DNA of 51,323 nucleotides from positions 1 through 51,323 of the forward strand of contig JAHBMJ010000274.1 of the NCBI GenBank assembly GCA_018398765.1, written 5' to 3'. Both the position numbers and the translations under genes were made by a program. Positions 23,621 to 35,978 of this stretch are shown here, in pieces (the stretch's first letter is position 1; each line of letters opens with the position of its first letter). The notes beneath the pieces are model-generated. The model had not been told where the DNA came from, did not search any database, and worked only from the letters and a program-made list of their open reading frames with translations. The DNA comes from Chromera velia. Taxonomy: Eukaryota.

Positions 23621-26600
23621 AAAAAGTACGCATAAGCTCTACCGACTGTTAGAACAGAAGGGAAGGGAAGCACGGAAAGGTGCGACACATCCTCCTCCTG
23701 ACCCACAAAGGAGGCCTATTCTTCTGCAATCTGACCTTCAAGCAGAAGTGTCAGTGTTCTTTGAGAATGTGAACCGAGCTCAAACCACTTTCTCACAATT
23801 TTTTCCACGCTTTCCCCTCATCTGTCCGACTCGTGCTCTTTGTGATATATCTGTGACTCCTCTCTCAGCCTTTCACTTCCGCATGCTCTCCCTTGCCATG
23901 GCTTGCTCAGCTTGCCATCAGATAGGACATTCATCTAACACATGCCCTGATGTGGAGGCAGAATGCAAGGGAAGAAAGGAACTCTACCTTGAGCAAGCAG
24001 GACATATTGGCAAAGGGTGTACGTTCTGTGCTGCGGTCGGCTTCCTCAGCAAAGCCCATCGAGCAGCAGATCACGCGGTTGACCAGAGAATGCCTCCAAC
24101 CACACCGGCTCCTGTCACCTTGATTGGACGCCTGGTGCGGCCTCAAATCCTCTGAAGTGCACCCTTCGGGACCTGCATGAATGCATAAATGCATGGCATT
24201 TGCTTCATTTTTTCTTCCTCTCCCTCTTCTCTTCCTATGCATGCATTCCTCTCTCTCATTGTGTATATCAACAAAGACCAGGCCTGGCAACACCACAATG
24301 AAATTGAATGCCTCCCTTGAATGTCTCCTCCCGTTTCTTCTTTTTTTGAATGTATATGATCGCTTCTGTTCTTTTATTGTTTCCTTCTCTCACTGCAACT
24401 GGACAACCCTAATTTAACCTCCACTTGAATTCCATATAAGCCATAAAGTGAAGGAGGGGCGCTCGAAAAAGAGATTGAAAAAGAATGAATAAAGTGAAGG
24501 AGGGGTGATCCCCCGCAAAAACATTGACAAAGTGAAGGAGGGGCCCCTTCTCACAGTTTTTTTTTCTTTCACACGAACAAACCTGCATGCGATTTTTTCG
24601 GTCACTCCATGCATGTATGGAGCTTGACTATAAAGAACCATAAAGTGAAGGAGGGGGCGGCGCGACGAAGCGCTATGTCCTTCCTCCGGAAGATAAAAGA
24701 AGGAATACAGACAGCTGCCACAAGAAAGATCAAGTGAGTCAATGGTATGAAGGGAGGGGGACGCCTCACCCTTTGCCTGGCAAACTAACTCTGACCTCTC
24801 TTCCCTTCTCTGCTTGTTTCTCTTCTCTTCTCTTCTCTTCTCTTCTTTTCTGTATTTCGATTGTTTCTTCTTCCTCACCCGGCAGGGACCCCTCCCCCCT
24901 CCTTTTCTGTCATGAGTTGTCTTTCTCCCCTCTTAAAATAGCTAACCGCAAGAATCAAGCCACATTTTTTCTCTTCAGTTTTTTCCTTTCTCTGACACTT
25001 CTCTTCTTATGTCTGACTGAATAAGCGATCGATCATTTGTCTTTCTGTTCCACTGTGTACCCTCTTCTCTCTTCCCAATGAATGCATTTGTATACATAAA
25101 TGCATACATGCAAGTGAAAAAGAAAAAGACATTTGATTCCTGCAAGACCATAACAAAGAAAAGAAAGTGCGAGACTGTCAGTTGAACCTACCCGTCTCTT
25201 GGCAGACCCTTGCAACCAGCCAATGCATGTCTTCTCTCCCTCTTCTCCTCTTTTGTGAACACAGGCAGGACGAATGCATGAATGATTCTGGTGGTCAGCC
25301 CTCAGGCCGAGCAAGAATCTGGTTTCTCTCTGTGCCTTCTCTTCTTAGACTCTAATCTCGACTGCTGCCGACAATCCTACAAGAAGAAAAATACCCTCAA
25401 AGGAGTCCACGTCAAAGCACCAGGTGTCCCCCCACCAATTGTGCGAGACTCCACAACGGCAGCATACATGAACATTTTTGTCGAGACTGGATTCGAAAGA
25501 AAGAAAGAAAGCTGGAGGAAACGGATTCAACACTGAAGTTCTTCTTGCATTTTGACCTGTTCTATGTTTATTTTGGAGGTTCCTTTTTTTCTTCAGTTTT
25601 ATCTTCAGAAGAAAAGAGCAGTCTGAAAGAAGCAGGGAAAGGAAAAAGATGATCACGTCGAGTTTGCACTAACCGGTCAAGTCTATGCCTCTTGTGTCTC
25701 CATATGTCTCCCTTTCCTTCCTTCCCGATCACGTAAGTGTCAGGAAGAATAAAAAGGACTGACAAGACGTACCAACAGCTGCAGCTTGAAGATCTGCAGT
25801 CTTTCCTCGTTACCTGCAGTCAAAAGATATATGAATGTGCGAAATAAGACAAGAGAATTCATGTAAGCATGCTTAGTCTTAATGCTCCTCTCCCCTTTTT
25901 CTCATCCCCGGTCTCAACGGAGTTTGATGCATAGAATTACTTGGCCACTTCATGAAAAAGTGGCTACAGTCTTTCTTTTTTCTTTGTTTTCTGTTAGCTG
26001 GTCCTGGTACCTTGCCCTTATCGCTCTACCAATTCATTTTTCTTTGTGTGGTTTCCCCAAACTTGAGAGAAATTGCCGACTTGACCTCCCTTCCTCCATA
26101 CCGCCCTCCTTTTCTCACAACTGTCAAGCCTGGCTTTCTCTCTCTCGCTGAAAGATTACTAAAAGAAAGAGTTCCTAACTTCTCCTTTCCTGACTCCCCC
26201 CTTTCTTTCAATCCCTTCGTCCCCAATACCATAACATCATGCGAATTTTGAGGACAGCGTGAATGCATGCATGATGCGGAATGATGGTGTTTGTGAATGA
26301 ATCATCACCACACCCCCCCACATCACAATCAACACAACCAACCGGTTTGTTATACCACCAAGTCATCATTTAAAGGATCTTCTATGAGATATATAAAGCC
26401 AGAAAGACACGCGAACGGACCTGGTTGCTGGTAGATGATGGAAGTAAGAAGACGGTGATGATATGCGATTCGGAACTGATGCCGTCTCCTTGTCCATGTC
26501 ATTGCCCCCCCCCTTCTCCCCTTCCTCATCACCAACCTTTCTCCTTTCTCCTCAGCCTTGTCCTCCCTCAGAAGCGAGACGAGAAGCCAGGAAATGTAGT

Positions 26601-27022
26601 GGAAAGAGCGTTTGAGACGGAAAGCAAGAACTAAAGCAAGAAGAAAGGTGGTGTAGCTCACCTCATTGTGCTCTTCTCCTACCTATGTCCCTTTCCTCCC
26701 TTTCATCTTCCACTCAGCCTTCCACACATAGAAAAGGCACCGTTTCACACCTTCAAAAGGGAGAGGACATTTACTTAAACCATATACAAAAAGGGCAGGA
26801 AGTTTGGAAACAATAAGATCCGTCTACCAGGTTGAAGAAAGCCATAAACATGCATGCATGAAAAAGAAATTCGCGCGCACCACGCGCGTCAGATGCATAA
26901 CTATGCCTTGCAGGATTCATTTTCAAGCCCCACAAGCAGGATTGCGGCCGGGGCCTCCGACTGTGGCGGGCCTCAAAGCAACGTGCTCGAAGCCATGAGT
27001 TTCTTGCACGTTTGGACCCACC

Positions 27023-27040
27023 AAAAGTGAATGGAGGGGA
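27023..27040 (+). promoter_or_regulatory. Polypurine tract
   Basis: AAAAGTGAATGGAGGGGA lies immediately upstream of the 3' LTR. Confidence 0.8.
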
Positions 27041-27041
27041 C

Positions 27042-27401
27042 TGAGAATGTCGTGGCTGGCGCGGCGGGCGGCCTGCCTGGAGTTTTAGACCCTGGGCGGC
27101 GCCGGTCACCCTCTATACAGACAACAGCGTTTCGGGACCTCGGGCCACCACGGTATCGAATCGGGTTTCAGAAAAAACGCGGTTTGCAGCAATTGGAACA
27201 ATCTAAACCGCCAGAAATTCATGGATTCAGCTAGCTTGATTGAGACTTCTAGCAGTTCGATAGATCGATTTAGCATTGACATTCTCTTTATCTGTATGAA
27301 CCTGAATAGATCGTGTGCCTGTATGTGTGTGTGATTGGGTTCCCTCCAAAGGAAACGTCTTCGGAAGGTAGGTTATTCATCTACCACTATAATCAACGTT
27401 A
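27042..27401 (+). repeat. 3' LTR (TG...TA)
   Basis: Colinear copy of 7408-7767, followed by the TSD GTGAT. Confidence 0.95.
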
Positions 27402-28439
27402 GTGATCCAATCGAAACATTTAAGTTTTGATCGGCCAACAACTGAATCTGAGCTGCGTCTTATTGTGGAAATCTAGGTGGGAATATGAATCGTATGTCAC
27501 GTCTGCATACTTTAAGAGTAGTATCATGTAGTCTGGATTGTGACCTCAATCAATCGATAATCGACTGACATTCGACTGACAGTGTCTTAGCTTACAGCCA
27601 TATGGTAAAAGAAGCTGAACATAGAAATGTTTGTGTCGGTTTGTGTACAGTCGTGTGTTGCTGTCGTGTTTACCAAATTGAATGCTGTATGATTGATAGG
27701 CAAGGGGCGCAAGCGAGTTTGTATTAGTATAGTCACTTATGAATATTTGTTCGCAGCGGAGAGACCAAGCAGTGAGATTCCGACCGTGTGTGTCTTCCTG
27801 TGGTGAAGGAAGAGTAGGTAAAGAGGTGCCTCCGGCAGTCACTGTGTACTTTTCTGTGTCTATCAAGAAACGTTGAGGCTGAACAGCAATGAAGTTTACA
27901 CAGCAAGGCATGCAGAATGGTTGGGCATCAGATTATGGCAGACATACATATGTAGAAGGAAGAAAACTAGGGAGTAAAAGTCTGCTCCGCAGTTAGGCAT
28001 GCAGGATAGTCAAGCATAGGGGTGTACTATCCTCCTATTAAGACACCAGGGGGGGGGGGGCATCCAAGTTTGCTCCGTTATGCCCGTGGATGGCGGGACG
28101 AGCATCAGGCGCTTTGCGCCTGATGCACTGGACACCGCCCCCCCCGGTGTCCACTGCTACCGGCCCATGCAAGAAGGGATACCCCCCCCCGGTGTCCATG
28201 CGGAGTTGCCCACCGAGGCTGACGTTCAGCTTTTTAATGCATGCATGCATGCATACATTTTTTTTTTTAGAGGCCCATGCATACAACAATGCTCCATAAC
28301 ATGTTTTATGGGTGCAAACCGGGGAAAGTCTCTCAAAATTATGCACCTGAACGTGCCTGAACGGCAACACCCACCCAACCTTCCTCACTGAGTCCTCTGC
28401 TAATCAGCACCGGCCACTCAACCTAAAAAGTTCGGCGAA

Positions 28440-28568
28440 CACGCTCTGCTCTGCTGAATCGAGGGATACCCTGAGGAGGAGAACACTTGGGAGCCAGAGA
28501 GAAACCTCCTTAGTACCTCTGTCAAGAAGATGGTCGCCGCCTACAAGAAGGCTAACCGGATGAAGTGA
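28440..28568 (+). pseudogene. Chromodomain fragment
   Basis: Manual translation HALLC*IEGYPEEENTWEPERNLLSTSVKKMVAAYKK, the canonical chromodomain C-terminal half. Confidence 0.85.
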
Positions 28569-28619
28569 AAGGAAAGATGCAGAAGAGGATGGGTTAGCCA
28601 AGCACACGCACACATGCAC

Positions 28620-28676
28620 ACAGAGAGAGAAAGAGACAGAGAATGAGAGAGAGAGAGAGTAAGAGAGAGAGTAAGA

Positions 28677-28729
<53 letters not shown>
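28620..28729. repeat. (AG)n microsatellite
   Basis: Visible directly. Confidence 0.95.
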
Positions 28730-28731
<2 letters not shown>

Positions 28732-29374
28732 CCGAGTCATTTTCATTATGTATCTATAGATAGGTCGGACTTCGTGCCTGAAGGGGGTCCATAGGCTTGT
28801 CAGAACGTATTGGGGTGACTTTGCATTGGGGTAGTCAGGTGTTCCAACGTTTTCTTCTCCTTCCTCAGTCCTTCTCTTTGCACGCAATTAGTGTATCGCA
28901 TTCATACATGGTGTCTCGATGGACCAAGATCGAGTACATACATGTATGACTCTATCGCCTTTCCCTCTCTTCTCAGCATCTCTCACTGTTCGGAGATCGA
29001 AAAATTACTGATGACTTGCACAGTTATTGACAAGTTGCACATGGATAAGATTGCACACGATTGTTAACTAAGCTAGTGATATATTAGTAACATGATTAGT
29101 TTGAAGACACTTTTAAATAGTGTCTAATAGTTTAAGATATATTAGTGTTTTTGAGTTTTAAAATCGTCTTAGATAGTCGAAGAGATTTTAAGATATTGTA
29201 TAGCTGAGAAGTTAGGGGTTTTTTTTATCCACCATATTATGCCTCACACCCCCCCGCCATCTGTAGTCCGGCGTTTTCAGATGACCTCATTCTGAATCAT
29301 ACCGGGGGGGGGCATCCACCCTCAGCTCTTGTAGCGCTGCACACCACCTCCCCCTCGGTGTCATACATCCCTAT

Positions 29375-30680
29375 AGTTAAGCGTTAGACGGCAGGCATAT
29401 ATACAAAAAGATCAAACTCTAATGGCAAGGCATGCAGAAAGGCCGAGCGTTAGGTGACAGGCACCCATGCAAAAGAACGAGATCTGCACCGCAGTCAGGC
29501 AGGCAGAAAGTTTGAGCGTCAGACGGCAGTCATTCATCCAGAAAGAACGTCAAACTCTGCACGGCCGTCAGACATGTCGTAAGGTCCAGCGTCTGGCAGG
29601 CATACATGCAGACGCATACAGAATTTGAACTCTTCACGGCACTAAAATACAAGAAAAGTCAAGCGTCAGACGGCAGTCAGACACGCAGAATGGTCGAGTG
29701 TCAGACGGCTGCAGGCATACATGCAGAAAGAACCAAGTCTGCACCGCAGTCAGGCATGCAGAAAAGTCGGGTGTCGAATGGCAGGATATGGCAGATACAC
29801 ATGCAGAAATCGAACTCTTTACAACAGTAAGGCACAAGAAAGGTCGAGCTAGCTTTAGATGGCAGCTATCCACGCAGAAAAAACAAACTCTGCACGGTAC
29901 TCAGGCATGCAGAAAGGTTGGGCGTCAGATGGCAGGCACACATGCAGAAAGAACCAAGTCTGCACCGCAGTCAGGCATGCAGGATAGTCGAGCGTCAGAC
30001 AGCAGGCACACATGCAGAAAGAACAAACTATGTATGGCACTCAGGCATGCAGAAAGGTCGGGCGTTAGATAGCAGGCACACATGCAGAAAGAAAAACTCT
30101 GCACGGCAGTTAGACATGCAGGATAGTCGAGCGTCAGATGCCAGCAGGCACATATGCAGAAAGAACAAACTCTGCACGGCAGTCAGATATGCAGGATAGT
30201 CGAGCGTCAGACAGCAGGCACACATACAGAAAGAACAAACTCTGTACGGCAGTCAGGCATGTAAGATAGTCGAGCGTCAGACGGCAGGCATATATGCAGA
30301 AAGAAAAAACTCTGCACGGCAGTCAAGCATGTAGGATAGTCGAGCGTCAGACGCCGGCAGGCACACATGCAGAAAGAACAAACTCTGCACGGCAGTCAGA
30401 TATGCAGGACAATCGAGCGTCAGACGGCAGGCATACATATAGAAAGAACAAACTCTGCACGGCAGTCAGGCATGCAGGATAGTCGAGTGTCAGACACCGG
30501 CAGGCACACATGCAGAAAGAAAAAACTCTGCACAGCAGTCAGACACGCAGGATAGTCGAGCATCAGACGCCGGCAGGCACACATACAGAAAGAACAAACT
30601 CTGCACAGCAGTCAGGCATGCAGGATAGTTGAGCGTCAGACGCCGGGAGGCATACATGCAGAAAGAACAAACTCTGCATG
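29375..30680. repeat. Tandem satellite, ~70-73-bp unit
   Basis: Unit approximately AGACGGCAGGCACACATGCAGAAAGAACAAACTCTGCACGGCAGTCAGGCATGCAGGATAGTCGAGCGTC. Degenerate units also occur at ~27900-28015 and ~39885-40050. Confidence 0.92.
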
Positions 30681-31143
30681 AACAGAGTGGACTCCAAAGT
30701 AGGACTTAGTGGAATTCAAAGTAATTTTTAAATTTACTATATTCTAGCTTCATTATAAAGTAAAACTAGGTTACTTAAAGCAATCTAAAGTTTTTTAGAG
30801 CATTTAAAATCGTTACTTCTGTGCGAATCTGCTCAAATGTGCTCAAAAGACTGGTTGATTAGCTAGGGAAAAATTATGATCACCGCGGCACGTAGAAGTT
30901 AGTGAATGTTACCTGCAAAGAAATACACAGGCACAACACTAATGGATACGCTCAAAAGCAACATTCAGCGCCGCCAATCAAGTACAAAGAATTGTTTCTT
31001 CTGCAAGGGAAACCGTGTAGGAAGGAGGGCTTCACAGCTAGGCTGGTCAGACCGGACAAGAGGTAGTCAGCAGGGGTCGGAGAGGATTCCGAAGAACAGA
31101 GCACAGAGACAACATAATTTTGTTCACAAAGAAGTCACACTAA
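30681..31143. repeat. Dispersed repeat B, copy 2
   Basis: Copy of 5004-5541 with internal deletions; abuts the truncated 3' end of the LINE. Confidence 0.85.
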
Positions 31144-31659
31144 CGTCCTTAGGAGTGGCTTAATCTTCTCATATAAGGCACTTCTCAGCAGACAGGACAT
31201 CTGTACCTTGGGGCCATTCTTTGAAGACAAAAGAAATAGAGAAGAACGTAAAGAAGATGGAAGAGCTCTCTGTAGTCCTGATAAAGAGGCAGACAGGGGG
31301 AAGTTGCCCCTTTCTTCCCTGTCTCCCCTTTTCATGCATTCCATTCCCCAGGCATCCTTAATTTTGGCAGAAACAAACAAATTCCCCTTTGGGGCCCGTC
31401 TTTCTGAGCTCCGGACAGGGAGAGATGTCAAAAAGTCAAGGCCTGCCCATCTGAACAGACCATTGACGGCTCGTCTTTGCTTCTGCCCCGTTGGTCCCTT
31501 CCATGAATTCAAAAGAGCCTAAGGAATACGGAGATGCGAACGGCTAAGTGTAATCCAGAATGAAGCAAAACGAGCACACAAGAGCGCGCGAGCAGACATT
31601 AAATTAATAGACAAAAGAGAGGGTACACGCAAACTCCTGACTGGAAGTCGGGCCGCCTA

Positions 31660-32860
31660 TCAAACAAACTGGAGCCGCAAGTTGTCAATCGCCTCCCAGT
31701 CTCCCTGTCTTATCGGAAAGCACTCCAGGCTATAGAGTGCCACCGGCTCCCAGCACGCCTTCAACAGCTGCATCTTTCCCCTCAAAAGCAACCCAGACAG
31801 ACTTGCAGCCAGACCAATCACCGCCCCTATTGCACGCTCTGCACTGCGTAGACGTGCTTCAATCGACCGAGTCAAATCCCCTCCCTCAAATAGAAGGTAA
31901 CCCAAATATTTGTACTGATCACACCAGTCTACTTCCTTCCCTTGGTACAAAATCATACCGTTACAGTCCTCGCGGTATTCACAAAGGCGCAGGACCTTGG
32001 TTTTCTTTAGATTGACATTCAACCCCCACTTTCCGCAATACCCCTCCAGGGCATCGAATTTTGCTTGGAGGTCGGCTGCTGAGTGTGCAAACAAGACAAG
32101 ATCATCAGCGTAGCCTATACTTCCCAAACTAGCCCCAGCAAGGTGAACCCCCTCCATTTCCTTTCCGTCTCCCCGTTTTCCTTTCTGAATCTCATTATAC
32201 AGGTCATTAATGAATAATAGAAAAAGCGACGGGGATAACGCATCATCTTGCTTAACCCCTGCCCCCTTCAGGAATAGAGCCGAGTCCCCATCGACTCTCG
32301 CTTTTACACCTCTATACATTGATGCAATTATCAATAGATCTCTCTTCTCTATTCCCTCAGCCTGCAGCTTTGCCAGAAGCTTCAGCCGAGGGATAGAGTC
32401 AAGCGCCTTTAAGAAGTCGACAAATCTGCCCAAGAGCCCCTTCTTGCCTCTTCTGCATTCTTGTACCAATTAAGCCTACCACTAGCTGCTCCGATCCCCT
32501 CTCTTGTACCCACCCCTTTCCTAAACCCGATCTGTCTGTCGTCAAAACGAGCTTGCTGACAGATTCTATCATCTATAAGGAGACCAAAGAGCTTTACAAG
32601 GGGGTTAACGATATAGACTGGACGCCAGTCATTCGGTTGTGGCGAAGGAAGACCTTTCAGGACGGGTACGATTCTCAACAAATTCCAGTTATCAGGCCAA
32701 CACGCATATGCATGCATTAAATTAAAGAAAACAAATAAAAGGAAGCAAGAGATGGGAGAGTGACAAAAGCAAAGGTCGAGTTGTTGAGGAGAGATGCCAT
32801 CGAGCCCTGCCGCTTTCTTTCTATCCATTCCTTTCAGACGATCAGTCACCTGCTTATACG
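31660..32860 (-). pseudogene. LINE reverse transcriptase
   Basis: KAAGLDGI, VPVLKG..DWRPV, QIGFRKG, FVDFLKALDSI, GVKQDDALSPSLF, YADDL, VNLKKTK and YKYLG; one frameshift near 32450. Confidence 0.96.
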
Positions 32861-33669
32861 AGAAAATGAATTGCTTCGGGGGCTCCGGCTCCGGATCAGG
32901 CTCTGGCAATTCTTCACCCTCCCCAAAAACCCGTGCCCAATGGTTTGAGAAGTCTCTTGCCCCTGGTCTCAGACCGTTTTTCGACAACTTTCTCCTTTCT
33001 TTCCAAAGGAAGAGGGGGTCATTAAGCAAATGTGTCTTCGCTTTTTCAGTTTCCCCTCTCTCAAATCTCTTCCTTTTCTGCCAAAAGATCTCTCTCCTTT
33101 TCTTTAAGATGTTTTCCACCCTTTCCTGCTTTAACTCTCTCTCCACCCCACTTGCACAGTCCTCAACTTCTTTCCTTACTTTCTTCAGGTATTCCTGCAG
33201 CTCTTTACATTCCTCATCCCACCACCCTTCCTTCTCTCTAAACAACATTTTGAAGGTAGGAGGCTGTTGCTTCTCTGTTGCTTTCACTATTACTTCCTTC
33301 ACCGGCCTAACCAAAACCCAACACCAGGCTGTAGCCAAGGCTTTCACCCGGTCTTTCTTATCTTGAGGGCTCACTGGGGAGGAGGTCAAAGAAGAGGGCA
33401 AAAAGGCTGTCAAGGAGGGTGGGGAGGAAGACACAGGAGGGGGTGGGGGAAGGGGAGGCTCTTCGAATGGTTCAACTTCTCTATAATGCTCCCAGAGTCC
33501 CTGCCATGTCTCTCCCACCAGCTCTCTTGTTGCTGCCGCTATTGGCAGCAAATCCTCATCTTTCACCGCTGCCTTTCTGATGGATCTGTAAAGCGGGGGG
33601 CACTGCTGCAGGGATGGGGCATCCATCCGCTTTCCCGCAGCCTCAAGCGAAGAAAAAGGAGAGAAAAAC

Positions 33670-34535
33670 AGATAGATGCATGGTCATGATCGGAGCCAAT
33701 CAGTCCATCGAAAGCGATTTCCTAGTCTGTACAAAAGGAGAGAAGGAAAGGGTCAACCAATACATAATCGACAACGGATGCCTCTTTTTTCGTGTTCTTT
33801 GATTTACAGGTATAAGCACCCAAAAAGCGGAAGTCTTTGCCCCCACACTTCCTTTGCAGACCATTCAGGATGAGTAGGTTGCTTTCACCGCAAAGATGCA
33901 CCAATTCACGGCCCATGGGGTTGACTGACTGCTTGCATTCTGAATGCCGGATGAAAGAGGGAGCCGACTCGTCAGAGCTGGTAGATTCGTCCTGTTCGAA
34001 CAGTTACTCACGATTTTACTCGAGACCTTCTGGACAGAGCGATGCCGTGTGAGAGTTGAGGTCCCCCAGGACCACTCTCGGCTCTCCCAGGGGGACAGAG
34101 CACAGGGAATCAGACAAGATCTCTTTTGTGTCATCTTTTTTATGATTTGACCAACCCCCCGGCAAATATACCCCAAACACATGCAGTTTTCTACCCGACA
34201 AGTGGATGGCCACCCTGGCGATGCTCGGCCCTACCAGCTCAAACTCTGGTCTGAGTTCCCCCCAACGGTCCGATTTGACCAAAATGCATACGCCTCCAGA
34301 CCGGATTTCTTTGTCTGCACAAACGGAATAGACTTTTGTCTTTCTCCTTCTCCATTCCCTATGTGACCAATTTACTCCTTTCCAACCCCCCAGTTCTAGA
34401 TCGCAGGACAGGTGTTGTATTTCAACCAGAACCACAACATTCGCATCCGTTTCAGTGAGCCATGAACGAATGTCCCCATTTCTTATCTTCCGCTGCAATC
34501 CTCCCATATTGATGTAGGCAAAGCGCAGACGGTCC
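33670..34535 (-). pseudogene. LINE apurinic-like endonuclease (EEP)
   Basis: FAYINMGG, VVVLVE, SGGVCILVK, GVYLP, VVLGDLNSH, LILNG, SVVDYVLV and SDH. Confidence 0.93.
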
Positions 34536-35511
34536 TGTGGGTGAGACACCGTCAAGTCCTGGTAGCAAGCATTCCCTTGCTTCTTGAACTTGCCTCTTCT
34601 TACCTTCCAATACTCTTTCACAGCTTTCTGTATGATTATTCTCTCATCCTCTAACCTTTCTTTCATCAAGTCTCTTTCCTTTACCCATTCGAGACCAGAA
34701 TCAGGAGAGCGCCTGATTTTAAACCATCTCTCACCACTGTGTAACCTTTTATGCCCTAATACAAGTAGAGGAGGAGAAGAAGAAAAAGAAGAAGAAGAAG
34801 AAGAAGAAGAAGAGGAGGAGGGGGGGGAGGGGGGAGAAGAAGAATCCGAAAAAGAAGAAAAAGAAGAAGAGGACGATTTGGGAGGAGCATGCGAGGCAGC
34901 AGAGCAAAAGGAAGAAGAATCATCCAGAATATCATGATCTCTCCTTCGTTTCTTTCTCCTCCTTCTCTTGTTGCGTGGGACGAGGAGTATCAAGGCTGGA
35001 CAAAAGAGGAAGATCGATAAATAGGAGGGAGATCGCCCCGCGGGGAAGAGGACTCAGAGTCAGAAAGGCGTGGCGATCCAGAAAAAGGGGACGGAAGGCC
35101 TTGTCCCCTCGAGCGAGAAAGCTCGTTAGAAGATGGCGAAGGCCATGAAAGCAAAACTTCACTCGAGCTGCGATTCAGTGCAGGATCAGATCCTCCGTCG
35201 AGTCCCAGCTCACTCTCATCATAAGCAAACAACGAGGAAGAGGAAGAAGACGAAAAATGCGAAGATGCAGAGAGAAAAGGTTCTTTGGCCATAGCAGATC
35301 CAGAAAAAAGAGAAAAAGAGGAGAGAGAAAGAGAGTTCAGAGGATTTTGAACCTGCATGCATGCATTCAACGGGTCGATCAGGCCGGGATGGGGGAGAGG
35401 TCTAGCTGGATGGCCCCGCTCCTTCCCGGCACAACCTGACAAATCTCATGCGGCCCTATGTCCGTTAATCCCTCCCCCCCTTCCTTCTTTCCCCCCACTG
35501 TCTGCCGCCGA

Positions 35512-35928
35512 GGAAGAAGAAGAAGAAGAAGAAGAAGAAGAAGAAGGAGAAGAAGAAGAAGAAGACAAAGAAGAAGAAGAAGAAGAAGAAGAAGAAGAAG
35601 GAGAAGAAGAAGAAGAAGAAGAAGAAGAAGAAGAAGAAGAAGAAGAAGAAGAAGAAAAAGAAGAAGAAGGGTCCATCCGGTGGCCTGGCCTCTCCCCCCC
35701 CTCCCCTCCCTGTCCATTGCCCACCTCGTTCCTTCCCTTGCAAGGTCGAGCGGAAGAGGAAGAAAAGAAAAGAGCAGACAAAGAAGAAGAAGAAGAAGAA
35801 GAAGCAGGAGCAGCAGCAGCAGCAGCAGAAAAAGAAGAAGAAGAAGAAGAAGAAGCAGCAGCAGAAGAAGAAGAAGAAGAGGGAGAAGAAGAAGAAAACG
35901 AAGAGGAAGCGGAAGGAGAAGGGAAGGG

Positions 35929-35961
<33 letters not shown>

Positions 35962-35978
35962 AGAAGAAGAAGAAGAAG
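35512..35978. repeat. Two (GAA)n tracts inside the LINE
   Basis: 35512-35668 and ~35755-35978; they read as poly-Ser on the LINE coding strand. Confidence 0.95.

Larger units (their letters stand above)
8006..24155 (+). pseudogene. Disrupted giant gag-accessory-pol polyprotein (~5,400 codons)
   Basis: ORFs at 8006, 8606, 9101, 9446, 10439, 10925, 11861, 12299, 13076 and 13361 share one frame and are separated by scattered in-frame stops. The same holds for 18896-22747. About six apparent frameshifts (~14630, 16420, 17690, 18300, 18890, 22740) join the rest. Confidence 0.75.
7408..27401 (+). mobile_element. Full-length giant (~20 kb) LTR retrotransposon, Copia domain order, decayed
   Basis: Paired 360-bp direct repeats at 7408-7767 and 27042-27401, with GTGAT at both 7403-7407 and 27402-27406. 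PBS-like TGG motif after the 5' LTR and purine tract before the 3' LTR. Internal PR, IN, RVT_2-type RT and RNase H motifs occur in that order. Confidence 0.96.
28016..29374. mobile_element. Non-autonomous TIR element with 8-bp TSD, inserted in the satellite
   Basis: Ends ATAGGGGTGTA / TACATCCCTAT; flanks AGTCAAGC (28008-28015) and AGTTAAGC (29375-29382); G/C-run subterminal repeats. Confidence 0.75.

Noticed and set aside
24181..27000. env-like or antisense gene in the 3' region of the LTR element
   Set aside because: Only short ORFs in inconsistent frames over pyrimidine-rich sequence, with no recognisable motifs.
29375..30680. CRISPR-like regular repeat
   Set aside because: Units are head-to-tail with no unique spacers, there are no cas genes, and the context is eukaryotic.
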